Source: a virus (lineage: Duplodnaviria; Caudoviricetes). Taken from it: a DNA stretch of 45,023 nt. Location of the stretch: positions 1 to 45,023 of the IMG/VR virus record IMGVR_UViG_3300027271_000076, one strand, 5' to 3'. The notes under the pieces are model-generated. The model made no database searches. It was not told the DNA's origin and worked only from the letters and a program-made list of their open reading frames with translations. The translations under genes were made by a program, and so were the position numbers. Every line of letters starts with the position of its first letter. Position 1 is the stretch's first letter. Below, piece by piece: positions 27,087 to 36,117 of this stretch.

Positions 27087-28109
27087 ATGGTCGCCATGAT
27101 CAACCCGTTCGACGCGGGCGGCTACTCGCTCGCCGAGATGACCCAGGCCATCAACATCCTGCCCAACGTCTATACCCGGCTCGGGCAGATGGGCCTGTTC
27201 CGCTTCGAGGGCGTGACCCAACGCTCCGTCGTCATCGAACAGGCCGAAGGCGTGCTAAACCTCCTGCCGACCGTGCCGCTCGGCGGTCCCGCCACCGTCG
27301 CCAACCGCGACACGCGCTCGATGCGTTCCTTCACGGTGCCGTGGATTCCCCACGACGACGTGATCACGCCCCAGGACATCCAGGGCGTGCGCGGTTTCGG
27401 CGTCGCCGACGCGGCCGACCCGCTCGCCACCGTCATGGAGCGCAAGCTCACTCGCATGCGGGTCAAGCACGCCCAGACCCGCGAGTACATGGAGGTCAAT
27501 GCGTTGCGCGGCATCGTCAAGGACGGCGCCGGCACCACGCTCTACAACTACTTCACCGAGTTCGGGCTTTCCCAGCAGGCGGTCGATTTCGTGCTCGGCA
27601 CCGCCGGTACCAACGTCCAGGCCAAGGTGCGCGAGGTGCTGCGCAAGGTCGAGACGGAACTCAAGGGCGAGACCATGACCGGCGTGTTGGCGCTCGTCAG
27701 CCCTGAGTTCTTCGACAAGCTGATCGGCCACGCCAAGGTCGAGGACGCCTACAAGTACTATGCCTCGACCGGCGCCCAACCGCTCCGCGAAGATACGCGC
27801 CGGCGCCTCCCCTTCGCCGGCATCATGTTCGAGGAGTACAACGCCACCGTCACCCTCTCCACCGGCGAAACCGAGACGCTGATCCCAGCGAGCGAGGGCA
27901 TCGCGTTCCCGCTCGGCACCCTCGACACCTTCGTGACCTACGGCGCGCCGGCGAACCTGATCGAGACAGTCAACACCGTCGGCCTGCCGATCTATGCCCG
28001 GCAGATCGCACGTCACGACGGTAGCGCCATTGAGGTCAAGACCGAGGCCTCGCCCCTACCGGTCAACAAGCGCCCGCGGCTCGCGGTGCGCATCCACACG
28101 AGCAACTGA
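27087..28109 (+). CDS. Major capsid protein (lambda gpE family)
   Basis: 340 aa; AAGGAG RBS; QTREYMEVNALRG, APANLIETVNT, ASPLPVNKRP. Confidence 0.92.
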   Translation: MVAMINPFDAGGYSLAEMTQAINILPNVYTRLGQMGLFRFEGVTQRSVVIEQAEGVLNLLPTVPLGGPATVANRDTRSMRSFTVPWIPHDDVITPQDIQGVRGFGVADAADPLATVMERKLTRMRVKHAQTREYMEVNALRGIVKDGAGTTLYNYFTEFGLSQQAVDFVLGTAGTNVQAKVREVLRKVETELKGETMTGVLALVSPEFFDKLIGHAKVEDAYKYYASTGAQPLREDTRRRLPFAGIMFEEYNATVTLSTGETETLIPASEGIAFPLGTLDTFVTYGAPANLIETVNTVGLPIYARQIARHDGSAIEVKTEASPLPVNKRPRLAVRIHTSN

Positions 28110-28114
28110 TGGGT

Positions 28115-28426
28115 ATGAGCGCCTTCGCGAAGGCGATCGACGACCTGTTCGGCGATCCGAACATCGGCAGGGACGCTGTCTATACGCCCGATGGCGGAAC
28201 GGCCGTGCGTGTGCGTATCATTGCCCGACGTGCGGACGAGGTCACCGGTTTCGGCGAGGCGCGGCTCTGGTCGGAAACCACCCGCATCGACCTGCGCGTC
28301 GCCGAGGTGGCAACCCCGCGTCCCGGCGACAGAATCGAGATCGATGGCGACACCTTCATCATTCAGGGCGAGCCGGTGCGTGATCGCGAGCGGCTCGTCT
28401 GGACCGTGGACTTGCGTCCCGCATGA
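28115..28426 (+). CDS. Head-tail joining/closure protein
   Basis: ~103 aa after the capsid gene; PRPGDRIEIDG...QGEPVRD. Start 28109 or 28115. Confidence 0.72.
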   Translation: MSAFAKAIDDLFGDPNIGRDAVYTPDGGTAVRVRIIARRADEVTGFGEARLWSETTRIDLRVAEVATPRPGDRIEIDGDTFIIQGEPVRDRERLVWTVDLRPA

Positions 28427-29079
28427 AGCTCGGCATCAGGATTGTCGGCGATATCGCCCGAATGATGGAGGCGGAAACCCGCGCCGGCCAAAAGGCGGTC
28501 ACCGCCGCTATGCGCAAAGCTGGCGCCGGTCTCAAGTCCGCCTGGCGAGCGCAGATCACTGGCGCAGGCCTCGGGGCGCGACTCGCCCGCACCATTCGCT
28601 CCGAGCAGTATCCGAAAGGTCGGCGGAGTCTCAACGCGGCAGCGCTGGTCTGGTCGAAGGCACCAGTGATTGTTGGTGCGCACGACACCGGCCCACTGAT
28701 CCGCTCCAGGAACGGCTTCTGGCTGGCAATCGCAATGCCGAGCGCTGGAAAATCCTCGCGAGGCGGCAGTATCACGCCCGGCGCGTGGGAACGCCATACC
28801 GGCATGCGCCTGCGCTTCGTCTATCGCCGCACTGGTCCGAGCCTGCTGGTGGCCGACAATGTTCGCGTCAGCAAGACGGGCCGCGTCCGCGAAAACATCA
28901 CCCGGCACAAGGATGGTCGCGTCTCGAGCCGGCTGCAAGGTCGCGCCACCGCCGTGATCTTCCTGCTGGTGCCGCAGGTGAAACTGCCGAAACGCCTCGA
29001 TCTGGCGCAGGATGCGCGCGCGGTGGAGAACGCCCTGCCGGGGATGATCGTGGCGAATTGGACGGAAACGCGTTCCTGA
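28423..29079 (+). CDS. DUF6441-like neck/tail completion protein
   Basis: 218 aa, basic; WRAQITGAGLG, IFLLVPQVKLPKRLDL; ATGA overlap. Confidence 0.75.
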   Translation: MKLGIRIVGDIARMMEAETRAGQKAVTAAMRKAGAGLKSAWRAQITGAGLGARLARTIRSEQYPKGRRSLNAAALVWSKAPVIVGAHDTGPLIRSRNGFWLAIAMPSAGKSSRGGSITPGAWERHTGMRLRFVYRRTGPSLLVADNVRVSKTGRVRENITRHKDGRVSSRLQGRATAVIFLLVPQVKLPKRLDLAQDARAVENALPGMIVANWTETRS

Positions 29080-29101
29080 GCGGCTCGATCCAGTCAGGCT
29101 A

Positions 29102-29404
29102 TCAACTGCAGCATCCTTTATGGGCCTGGATCGGCGGACAGGGTACCGTGCCGTAGGAGCAGAAAACGCAGCAATCACCCGGTTTTGGTTTGAGGAGCGT
29201 GCCGCAGCCCTTGCACTCGTAAAACCACTGGCAGGCATCCGTCGGCATGGTCTCGTTTTGCGAATGCCCGCAATGCGGACAGGTAATCGTGCTATCAAGA
29301 ATCGGCGCCCGGCATTCGGTGTGCAGGCGATTAGCCTCGGCCTCGATCCGCGCGCGGCGGGCCGGGTCGAGCCTGGCGAGCTTGTCCTGAAGGCTGCGTA
29401 CCAT
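29102..29404 (-). CDS. GDCCVxC-domain Cys-rich protein with antitoxin-like N-terminal extension
   Basis: 100 aa from ATG 29404 (AAGGA RBS); STITCPHCG...MPTDACQWFYECKGCG...PGDCCVFCSYGTVPCPPIQ. Confidence 0.72.
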   Translation of the reverse strand: MVRSLQDKLARLDPARRARIEAEANRLHTECRAPILDSTITCPHCGHSQNETMPTDACQWFYECKGCGTLLKPKPGDCCVFCSYGTVPCPPIQAHKGCCS

Positions 29405-29498
29405 GACCATCATCCTTTCCACGGTGCCACGCCAATATGGATCGGGGGGGCCTGGCACCACAAACCTGCATTTGGCCAGCGGTCGACATTCATAGGGC

Positions 29499-29517
29499 AT
29501 TGGCATATATTGCCAAT
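29499..29517. promoter_or_regulatory. Inverted repeat, candidate parDE operator
   Basis: ATTGGCA-TATAT-TGCCAAT just upstream of the antitoxin RBS. Confidence 0.6.
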
Positions 29518-29536
29518 ATCCTTGATGGAGATACGC

Positions 29537-29785
29537 ATGGCCACCCGAAACGTCGTTCTGACGGAAACCCAATCCGACCTTGTCGACCGGCTGGTCGCAT
29601 CGGGGCGCTACCAGAATGCCTCCGAAGCCCTGCGGGCGGGGTTGCGTCTTCTCGAAAGGGAGGAGGCGGAGTTCAGCGAATTGCAGGCAAGGTTGCGTGA
29701 CGGGCTGGACCAGGCCCGGCGTGGTGATCTGGCCGAGGGGAGCGGTGAGGATGCGATCCGGCGTGCCTTCGCTTCCGCGCGCTAA
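29537..29785 (+). CDS. parD: ParD family (RHH) antitoxin
   Basis: 82 aa; RNVVLT...LVASGRYQNASEALRAGLRLLE; GGAG RBS. Confidence 0.88.
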   Translation: MATRNVVLTETQSDLVDRLVASGRYQNASEALRAGLRLLEREEAEFSELQARLRDGLDQARRGDLAEGSGEDAIRRAFASAR

Positions 29786-29793
29786 TCGTCCTG

Positions 29794-30138
29794 ATGCCGA
29801 AACCCTGGCGCCTGACGCGACAGGCGGAAACATCGCTCGTCGAAATCGCTCGCTGGACGCATGAGACCTTCGGTCCGCGACAGGCTGCCGCCTACGAGGA
29901 AGACCTGATCGCACGTTGCGCGGCGATTGCGGCGGGCACGGCTATGTCGCAGGACTGCCGCCGCCTCATCGATCCGGACCTGCCCGAGGATCTGCGTTTC
30001 ACGCGAGCGGGTCAGCATTTCGTCGTTTTCGTCGAGGACGCCGATCAGGTGATCATCGTCGATTTCCTGCACGGCCGCTCGGATCTGCCGCGACGGCTGG
30101 CCGCTCTTTCGGAGCAGAAACCCGACAGGGATCACTGA
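29794..30138 (+). CDS. parE: ParE/RelE family toxin
   Basis: 114 aa; WRLTRQAETSLVEIARWTHETFGPRQAAAY...GQHFVVF...IVDFLHGRSDL. Confidence 0.85.
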   Translation: MPKPWRLTRQAETSLVEIARWTHETFGPRQAAAYEEDLIARCAAIAAGTAMSQDCRRLIDPDLPEDLRFTRAGQHFVVFVEDADQVIIVDFLHGRSDLPRRLAALSEQKPDRDH

Positions 30139-30170
30139 CGCCGGGCTGGTCCCGGCGAACCGGGACCATC

Positions 30171-30590
30171 ATGCCCACCACCCGCGAAACCATCCTCGCC
30201 GCGCTACACGCGCAGCTTTCAATGTTGCCAGCCACCGTGCTGCGCGGCGAGGTGCTGCCCGAGCGTGTACCTGCGGCAGGGCTATTGATTTTGCGTGATG
30301 GCGATCCGGGTGAGCCGGAGACGACGCTGTCGCCACTCATCTACCATTATCAGCACCGGGCCGAGATCGAGGCCGTCGTGCAGGGCGCGGGCCGCGATGC
30401 GGCGTTTGATGCGCTGTGCGCCAGCATTGGTGCGGCGATTGCCGGCGACCGCACGCTCGGGGGACTGTGCGACTGGATCGAGGCGGAAGCGCCGCAGCCG
30501 GTCGATCTGCCCATCGAGGGCGCGGCCGCCCTGAAAGCCGCCATGATCCCGGTGGTGCTGCACTATTCGACGGCCGACCCGCTCGGTTGA
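30171..30590 (+). CDS. Putative tail terminator protein
   Basis: 139 aa (MPTTRETILAAL...DRTLGGLCDW), directly before the tail tube gene. Confidence 0.72.
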   Translation: MPTTRETILAALHAQLSMLPATVLRGEVLPERVPAAGLLILRDGDPGEPETTLSPLIYHYQHRAEIEAVVQGAGRDAAFDALCASIGAAIAGDRTLGGLCDWIEAEAPQPVDLPIEGAAALKAAMIPVVLHYSTADPLG

Positions 30591-30615
30591 TCCCGACAAT
30601 CCGAGGAGAAACACC

Positions 30616-31560
30616 ATGGCACGAGCCCAAGGGGCGCGGGCGCGAATGGCGCTCGCGTTCGAGACGATTTATGGCACCCCGCCGGCGAGCGGTTTCAGCC
30701 GCATGCCATTCGCCAGCACGACGCTCGGAGCGGAACAGCCGCTGCTCAATTCCGAGCTCTTGGGCTATGGCCGCGATCCGCTGGCGCCGGTCAAGGATGC
30801 GGTGACCGCCGATGGCGACGTCGTGGTGCCGATCGATGCGCAAGCCTTCGGCTTCTGGCTGAAGGCGGCGTTTGGTGCGCCGACGACGACGGGGACGGCA
30901 CCGGGGCCCTTCACCCACACTTTCCAATCCGGATCCTGGACCCTGCCGTCGATGGCAATCGAGACCGGAATGCCTGAGGTGCCGCGATACGCACTCTATT
31001 CCGGCGCAGTGCTCGATCAACTGACCTGGCAAATGCAGCGCTCTGGCTTGCTGACCGCAACGGCGCGGCTGGTGGCACAGGGCGAGACGATCAACACCAC
31101 GTCACAGGCCGGCACGCCCGCGGAGCTGGATCTCATCCGCTTCGGGCACTTCAACGGCGCGATCAAGCGCAACGGCACCGCTTTGGGCAACGTGATCTCG
31201 ACCGAGATCACCTATGCCAACAATCTCGACCGCATCGAGACTATCCGTGCCGACGGCATGATCGATGGCGCCGATCCGTCGATTGCGGCGCTCACCGGCC
31301 GTACCGAGGTCCGCTTTGCCGACTCGACATTGGTGACACAGGCGATCAACGGCGCTCCTTGCGAGCTGGAGTTTTCATACACACTCATCTCTGGCGAAAG
31401 CCTGACCTTCACGGCGCACGCGGTCTATCTGCCGCGGCCCCGCCTGGAAATTTCCGGGCCGCAGGGCGTGCAGGCATCGTTCGATTGGCAGGCGGCGCGC
31501 GACGCCACGCTCGGACGCATGTGCACCGCCGTGCTCATCAATGACGTGGAGGACTACTGA
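30616..31560 (+). CDS. Tail tube (major tail) protein
   Basis: 314 aa; GAGGAG RBS; MARAQGARA...FETIYG, GSWTLPSMAIETG; position in the tail operon. Confidence 0.85.
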   Translation: MARAQGARARMALAFETIYGTPPASGFSRMPFASTTLGAEQPLLNSELLGYGRDPLAPVKDAVTADGDVVVPIDAQAFGFWLKAAFGAPTTTGTAPGPFTHTFQSGSWTLPSMAIETGMPEVPRYALYSGAVLDQLTWQMQRSGLLTATARLVAQGETINTTSQAGTPAELDLIRFGHFNGAIKRNGTALGNVISTEITYANNLDRIETIRADGMIDGADPSIAALTGRTEVRFADSTLVTQAINGAPCELEFSYTLISGESLTFTAHAVYLPRPRLEISGPQGVQASFDWQAARDATLGRMCTAVLINDVEDY

Positions 31561-31562
31561 CC

Positions 31563-32000
31563 ATGATCCGTCTCGACCTTTCCACTGAGCCGAAATGGCT
31601 CGACCTTGGATCTGGCCTGCGTCTGCATGTGCTGCCGGTGACCACCGCCACCATGGTCGCCGCCCGCAACGATCCCACCGTCGAATCTTTGCCCAAGGAT
31701 GCCAGCCAGGAAGAAATGGCGCTGGTCATGGCGAAGGCGGTCGCCCGCCGCGTGGTGATGGATTGGGAGGGCGTCGGCGATGAGAGCGGCATGCCGATGT
31801 CGGTCACGCCGGAAGGGATCGATGCGCTCCTCGACATCTGGCCGGTGTTCGAGGCGTTCCAGACCCGCTGTCTCGCGCCGTATCTGATGCTGGATGCGGA
31901 AAAAAACGCCTCATCGCCCTTGCCGAATGGCACTTCGGCGGGGGCGAGGCCTACTGCGCGGCCTGCGAAAGCGCGTGCGAAGATTGCCCGGCGCGGCTGA
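31563..32000 (+). CDS. Tail assembly chaperone (gpG-like)
   Basis: 145 aa between tube and tape measure; WEGVGD; EKN slippery site. Confidence 0.82.
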   Translation: MIRLDLSTEPKWLDLGSGLRLHVLPVTTATMVAARNDPTVESLPKDASQEEMALVMAKAVARRVVMDWEGVGDESGMPMSVTPEGIDALLDIWPVFEAFQTRCLAPYLMLDAEKNASSPLPNGTSAGARPTARPAKARAKIARRG

Positions 32001-32239
32001 ACTCTCCGGAAACTCCGGAGGGTTGGCAGGTCTGGGATCTCGTCCAGCGCCTGACTGGACAATTGCGTGTGGTTGGCGGCATGGGCGCCACGGTCGTCAT
32101 CGGCTGGGACATGAACGCTGCCTTAGCCATGGCGCGCGCACTCGGTGTCAGTCCGCTGATTGCCGCCGAATGTCTGTCCGAGATCGAGGCGGTGATGGTG
32201 CGCAAGCTCAACGAACAGATGGCGGCCGAGCGCGCCTGA
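31563..32239 (+). CDS. Frameshifted chaperone (gpGT-like), -1 slip at A AAA AAC 31901-31907
   Basis: The -1 frame is open from 31907 to TGA 32237-32239 (RLIALAEWHFGGGEAYCAACESACEDCPARLN...GWQVWDLVQRL...AAERA); a 14-bp hairpin lies 6 nt downstream; fusion ~225 aa. Confidence 0.8.
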
Positions 32240-32242
32240 TCA

Positions 32243-32483
32243 GATACGACTGTTGCACGCCGGCCTGTCAGGACTTGCGGCATTACCCCCGGTTCAGGCG
32301 CCTGCTCTTCTTCCTGCCAATGCTGCCGTCAGACGCGGATTGCGACTGACCGGTATCAGCTCGGATCGCCTGGACGTCCGGTTCCGACAGTTCGATTTCG
32401 TGGACCGTGGCCATCCGCTCACCACGCACATGCGCCAGCGCCTCCTTCAGGCCCTGTTCGATACTCTTGAAAGCTTCGCTCAT
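32243..32483 (-). pseudogene. Degenerate XRE/HigA-type antitoxin
   Basis: MSEAFKSIEQGLKEALAH...PDVQAIRADTGQSQ, then a decayed HTH with premature TAA at 32283-32285; no cognate toxin. Confidence 0.65.
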
Positions 32484-32555
32484 GTCATCTTCCTCCAGGT
32501 TGCCAGACGCATATGTCAATGACGCACAGGCAAACCCTTGTTGGGAATTTGGCGG

Positions 32556-32768
32556 TCAGAACCGATCCGACCGATCCCGGCAATCGGTCGCTTCAGCACC
32601 CTTTGCGATCCCGGCAAGTGAACTCTGTTCCGGCACCGGTATCAGCAGAATGCCAGTTCCCTTTGGCATGAGTGCGAAGACCTGACCGACCTTCCAGCCC
32701 CGCGCAGCGCGGAGGGCCTCGGGGATCTGGATCTCAAATTTGGCGGACAAGGTGACGATCTCGGACAT
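32556..32768 (-). CDS. Orphan AbrB/MazE/VapB-type antitoxin
   Basis: 70 aa; TLSAKFEIQIPEALRAARGWKVGQ...GILLIPVP; no toxin follows. Confidence 0.75.
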   Translation of the reverse strand: MSEIVTLSAKFEIQIPEALRAARGWKVGQVFALMPKGTGILLIPVPEQSSLAGIAKGAEATDCRDRSDRF

Positions 32769-32835
32769 GACTCAAGTTTCCGCGGATCGGCACCGTCACG
32801 CAAGGCGTGTCTCCGTCTGACAGGAAGATTGACCC

Positions 32836-35010
32836 ATGGCCGAAAAACGCGTCTCCGTCCGGCTCGTTGCCGAAGGCGGCCGGCTGGTCCGCTCCGAGTT
32901 CGAGGGCGTTGGCGAGGTTGGCGAGACGAGCTTCAAGCGGATCGAGAAGCAGGCTGACATCACCGGCAAGGTGGTGAGCCGGGTGATGGGCGTGCTCGGC
33001 GCCGCAATCAGCGTCCAGCAGCTCGTCACTTACGCCAACACATGGACCGATCTGCGCTCGCGGGTCGATCTCGCCACCGGATCGCAGGAACGCGGTGCCG
33101 CGGTGATGGAGCGGCTCGCCAACATGGCACGGCGGACCTATTCGAGCATTACGCAGACCACGGAATCCTGGCTCGCCAACGCCACGGCGCTGCGCGAGCT
33201 TGGTCTGTCTACCAGGGAGAGCCTGGATTTCACCGAGGCGCTCAACAACGCCATGGTGGTGTCGGGCGCCAAGGCGGATCGCGCGACTTCGGTGCAGAAC
33301 GCGCTGTCGAAGGCGATGGCGCTCGGCAAGCTGTCTGGTGAGAACCTCAACACCGTGATCGCCAGCGGCGGCCGGATCGCCGAGCTGCTGGCGGCGGAGC
33401 TCAAGGTCAACGTCAATCAGCTGCGCGCCCTCGGCGCCGAGGGCGACATCACCGGCGATGTGATCCGGCGTGCACTGCTCGGCAATCTGGAGCGCCTGCG
33501 CAAGGAAGCCGACGCGATGCCGGCCACCATTGGCGATGCCTTCACGCTTCTGGGTAATGCGGCGCTGCAGCTGGTGGGCCGCTGGGACAAGATGGCGGGA
33601 ACGTCCGCTGCCGTCGCAGCCGCGATCATTCTGCTCGCCGACAATCTGGAGCATCTTGCCGCCATCGGCATCGCTTTTGCCGGCTTCATGGCCGGACGCT
33701 GGGTGGTTGCCTTCGTTGCGGCACGGATTGCCACCTTCAGCCTGTCGGGTGCGCTGGCGTTGCTGCGCGGCGCCATCATCCGCACCGGCATCGGCGCACT
33801 GATCGTCGGCGCCGGCGAGCTAATCTACTGGTTCGGGCAGCTGGTCAAAGGCGCCGGCGGGTTTGGGCGCGCGCTCGAGCTGATGGGTAATCTGGCACGA
33901 GCCGTCTGGGACGGCATCAAGATCACGGCCAGCTCGTTTGTCGATGATTTCCGCGCGATCACGGCCAGCGTCGAGCAGCTCTGGCTCAAGCTGATGGCGT
34001 TCCTGTCCAACAAGTGGGCCGACTTTCTCGGTAGCATCGGTCCGACCTTCAACAAGGTCGCCGAGACCCTCGGCGCTGAGACGCGGATCGACTGGTTCGG
34101 GGCAAAGTCCTATTCCTCGATGCTTGATCACGCCGCCAGCAATGCCGGCGTGATGGCGGAGCGCTATCGTGAGCGTGCGACCGACACGCGCGCGCATGCC
34201 TTCGATGCTGTTGGTCCCGCCGCACAAGCGCTGGGCGATGCGGTGCGCAAAGCGGACAGTGCGGCCACCCTCGATGAGGCCGCCAATGCAGCGGGTCGTG
34301 TCACCACTGCACTCGATGCGTCGGCGAATGCTGCAAAGAAAGCCGGCAAGGCGCACAAGAAAAGTGCAGAAGAAGTTGTCACCGGCTGGGCGGCGGTGGT
34401 CAAGAGCCTGGCCGATTATGCGGAGAAGGCCCGCGAGATCGGCGCCGATGTCGGCAAGACGCTGGTCGGTGCGTTCAAGAGTGCGGAGGATGCCGTCGGC
34501 GAGTTCGTCAAGACCGGCAAGCTGAAGTTCGGCGATCTCGTCACCTCGCTGATTGCTGATCTGGCGAAACTCGCGGCGCGGCGCTTCATCCTCGGTCCCA
34601 TCGCTAACGCATTGTCTGGCGCCTTGGGCAGCCTCGGCAGCAGCCTCTTTGGCGTGCCGAGCCCGGCGACGGCAGCCGCAGGACTGTTTGGCTCGCCGAT
34701 TTATCACACCGGTGGCATCGTTGGCGGACCCAGCCCTAGCCGCATGGTGCCGGCCATAGCTTTCGCTGGTGCGTCGCGCCTGCATGCCGGTGGATGGGCA
34801 GGCCTGCGGCCAGACGAAGTGCCGGCCATCCTGCAGCGCGGCGAGCGGGTGCTGTCGAAGCGCGAGGCATCAGCCTCGGCACGTAGTGCATCCGCGCCGA
34901 GCGTCAACGTCACCATCATGGCGCGCGATGCGGAAAGTTTTCGGCAATCGCGCACACAGGTCGCCGCCGATATCGCCCGCGCCGTGTCGCTCGGCCGGCG
35001 CGGGCTCTGA
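32836..35010 (+). CDS. Tape measure protein
   Basis: 724 aa, Ala-rich and helical; tape-measure N-domain (QNALSKAMALGKLSGENLNTV); C-terminal HTGG...DEVPAILQRGERVLS. Confidence 0.9.
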   Translation: MAEKRVSVRLVAEGGRLVRSEFEGVGEVGETSFKRIEKQADITGKVVSRVMGVLGAAISVQQLVTYANTWTDLRSRVDLATGSQERGAAVMERLANMARRTYSSITQTTESWLANATALRELGLSTRESLDFTEALNNAMVVSGAKADRATSVQNALSKAMALGKLSGENLNTVIASGGRIAELLAAELKVNVNQLRALGAEGDITGDVIRRALLGNLERLRKEADAMPATIGDAFTLLGNAALQLVGRWDKMAGTSAAVAAAIILLADNLEHLAAIGIAFAGFMAGRWVVAFVAARIATFSLSGALALLRGAIIRTGIGALIVGAGELIYWFGQLVKGAGGFGRALELMGNLARAVWDGIKITASSFVDDFRAITASVEQLWLKLMAFLSNKWADFLGSIGPTFNKVAETLGAETRIDWFGAKSYSSMLDHAASNAGVMAERYRERATDTRAHAFDAVGPAAQALGDAVRKADSAATLDEAANAAGRVTTALDASANAAKKAGKAHKKSAEEVVTGWAAVVKSLADYAEKAREIGADVGKTLVGAFKSAEDAVGEFVKTGKLKFGDLVTSLIADLAKLAARRFILGPIANALSGALGSLGSSLFGVPSPATAAAGLFGSPIYHTGGIVGGPSPSRMVPAIAFAGASRLHAGGWAGLRPDEVPAILQRGERVLSKREASASARSASAPSVNVTIMARDAESFRQSRTQVAADIARAVSLGRRGL

Positions 35011-35019
35011 GACCCTAAC

Positions 35020-35646
35020 ATGGCGTTCCACGAGGTCCGGTTTCCGGACGACATTTCGCGTGGCGCGCGCGGCGGACCGCAGCGTCGCACGCAAGTCGTG
35101 GAGCTCGCCTCGGGCGACGAGGAGCGCAACGCCAGCTGGGCCAGCTCTCGCCGCCGTTATGATGTCGCCTACGGTATCCGTCGCGCCGACGATCTGGCCG
35201 CAGTGGTCGCCTTCTTCGAGGCGCGCAACGGCCGACTGCATGGCTTTCGCTTCAAGGATTGGGCCGATTACAAGTCCTGCCTGCCGTCGCAGATCCCCGC
35301 CGCCACTGATCAGGCGATCGGCACTGGTGACGCCAGCACCAAAACATTCCAGCTGGTGAAGCGCTACGCCTCCGGCGCGCAGGCATGGGTACGCATCATT
35401 ACCAAGCCTGTTGCCGGCAGCGTAGCGATCGCGCTGAACGGCACGCCAACGTCCTCCGGCTGGTCGGTCGATGCGGCCACCGGTCTCGTCACCTTCGTAT
35501 CCGCACCTGCTTCCGGCGTCGCTATCACCGCCGGCTTCGCGTTCGACGTGCCGGTTCGCTTCGACACCGACACGCTCGACGTCACGCTCGATCTCGAGCG
35601 GCTCGGCTCGATCACCTCCATTCCCCTCGTGGAGATCCGACGATGA
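35020..35646 (+). CDS. Distal tail protein, DUF2460 (RcGTA g12-like)
   Basis: 208 aa; MAFHEVRFP, SGDEERNASW, GFRFKDWAD, FDVPVRFDTD. Confidence 0.9.
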   Translation: MAFHEVRFPDDISRGARGGPQRRTQVVELASGDEERNASWASSRRRYDVAYGIRRADDLAAVVAFFEARNGRLHGFRFKDWADYKSCLPSQIPAATDQAIGTGDASTKTFQLVKRYASGAQAWVRIITKPVAGSVAIALNGTPTSSGWSVDAATGLVTFVSAPASGVAITAGFAFDVPVRFDTDTLDVTLDLERLGSITSIPLVEIRR

Positions 35647-35990
35647 ATGATGAACCCGGCTTCATCACCGCGGTGCTGCGCGACCTTGCGGCATCGACGG
35701 CGGTGATCCTCGCCGTCTGGGGCGCACTCGGTGGCGCCACCAACGCGCTGACCACCAAGATGCATCTGCGCGACGCGCTGCGCCACATCCTGCTTGGCGG
35801 CATCATCGCCGCCGGCATGGGCAGCCTGTCGATGGCGCTGGTCACGCGGTGGCTCGGCCTGCCGTCGGAAGCGATTCCGGCCGGAGGTGCGGCAGGCTCC
35901 GCCGCCTATCTCGTCGGCGTCTTCGGACCTGCCTTCATCGAGGTGACGCTGGCGCGCCTTCGCAACAAGGGAGGCGATCACGATGCGTGA
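35643..35990 (+). CDS. Holin-like membrane protein
   Basis: 115 aa from ATG 35643; ~3 hydrophobic segments; precedes the endolysin. Confidence 0.6.
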   Translation: MNDEPGFITAVLRDLAASTAVILAVWGALGGATNALTTKMHLRDALRHILLGGIIAAGMGSLSMALVTRWLGLPSEAIPAGGAAGSAAYLVGVFGPAFIEVTLARLRNKGGDHDA

Positions 35991-36114
35991 GCTTCTGCGC
36001 TTGGCCCGCCAGCTTCGTTGCGACAGCCCCGATCCGCGCGAGGCGTTCGCCCATCGCATGCGCGTCGGCGTCATCGTCGCCCTCCTCATCCTGATCGTTT
36101 ACCTGCTGAGGTAA
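35983..36114 (+). CDS. Small single-TM protein in the lysis cassette (not in the ORF track)
   Basis: 43 aa MRELLRLARQLRCDSPDPREAFAHRMRVGVIVALLILIVYLLR; GGAGG RBS; fills the gap exactly. Confidence 0.62.
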   Translation: MRELLRLARQLRCDSPDPREAFAHRMRVGVIVALLILIVYLLR

Positions 36115-36117
36115 CCC

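Noticed and set aside
29102-29914. 270-aa minus-strand ORF, or selenoprotein read-through
   Set aside because: The upstream part is antisense to parDE and not protein-like. All Cys positions are TGC/TGT, and the terminal TGA is followed directly by TAG.
31894-32349. 151-aa ORF as the chaperone extension
   Set aside because: It is the +1 frame with implausible composition. The -1 frame ending at 32239 fits the slippery site and reads as protein.
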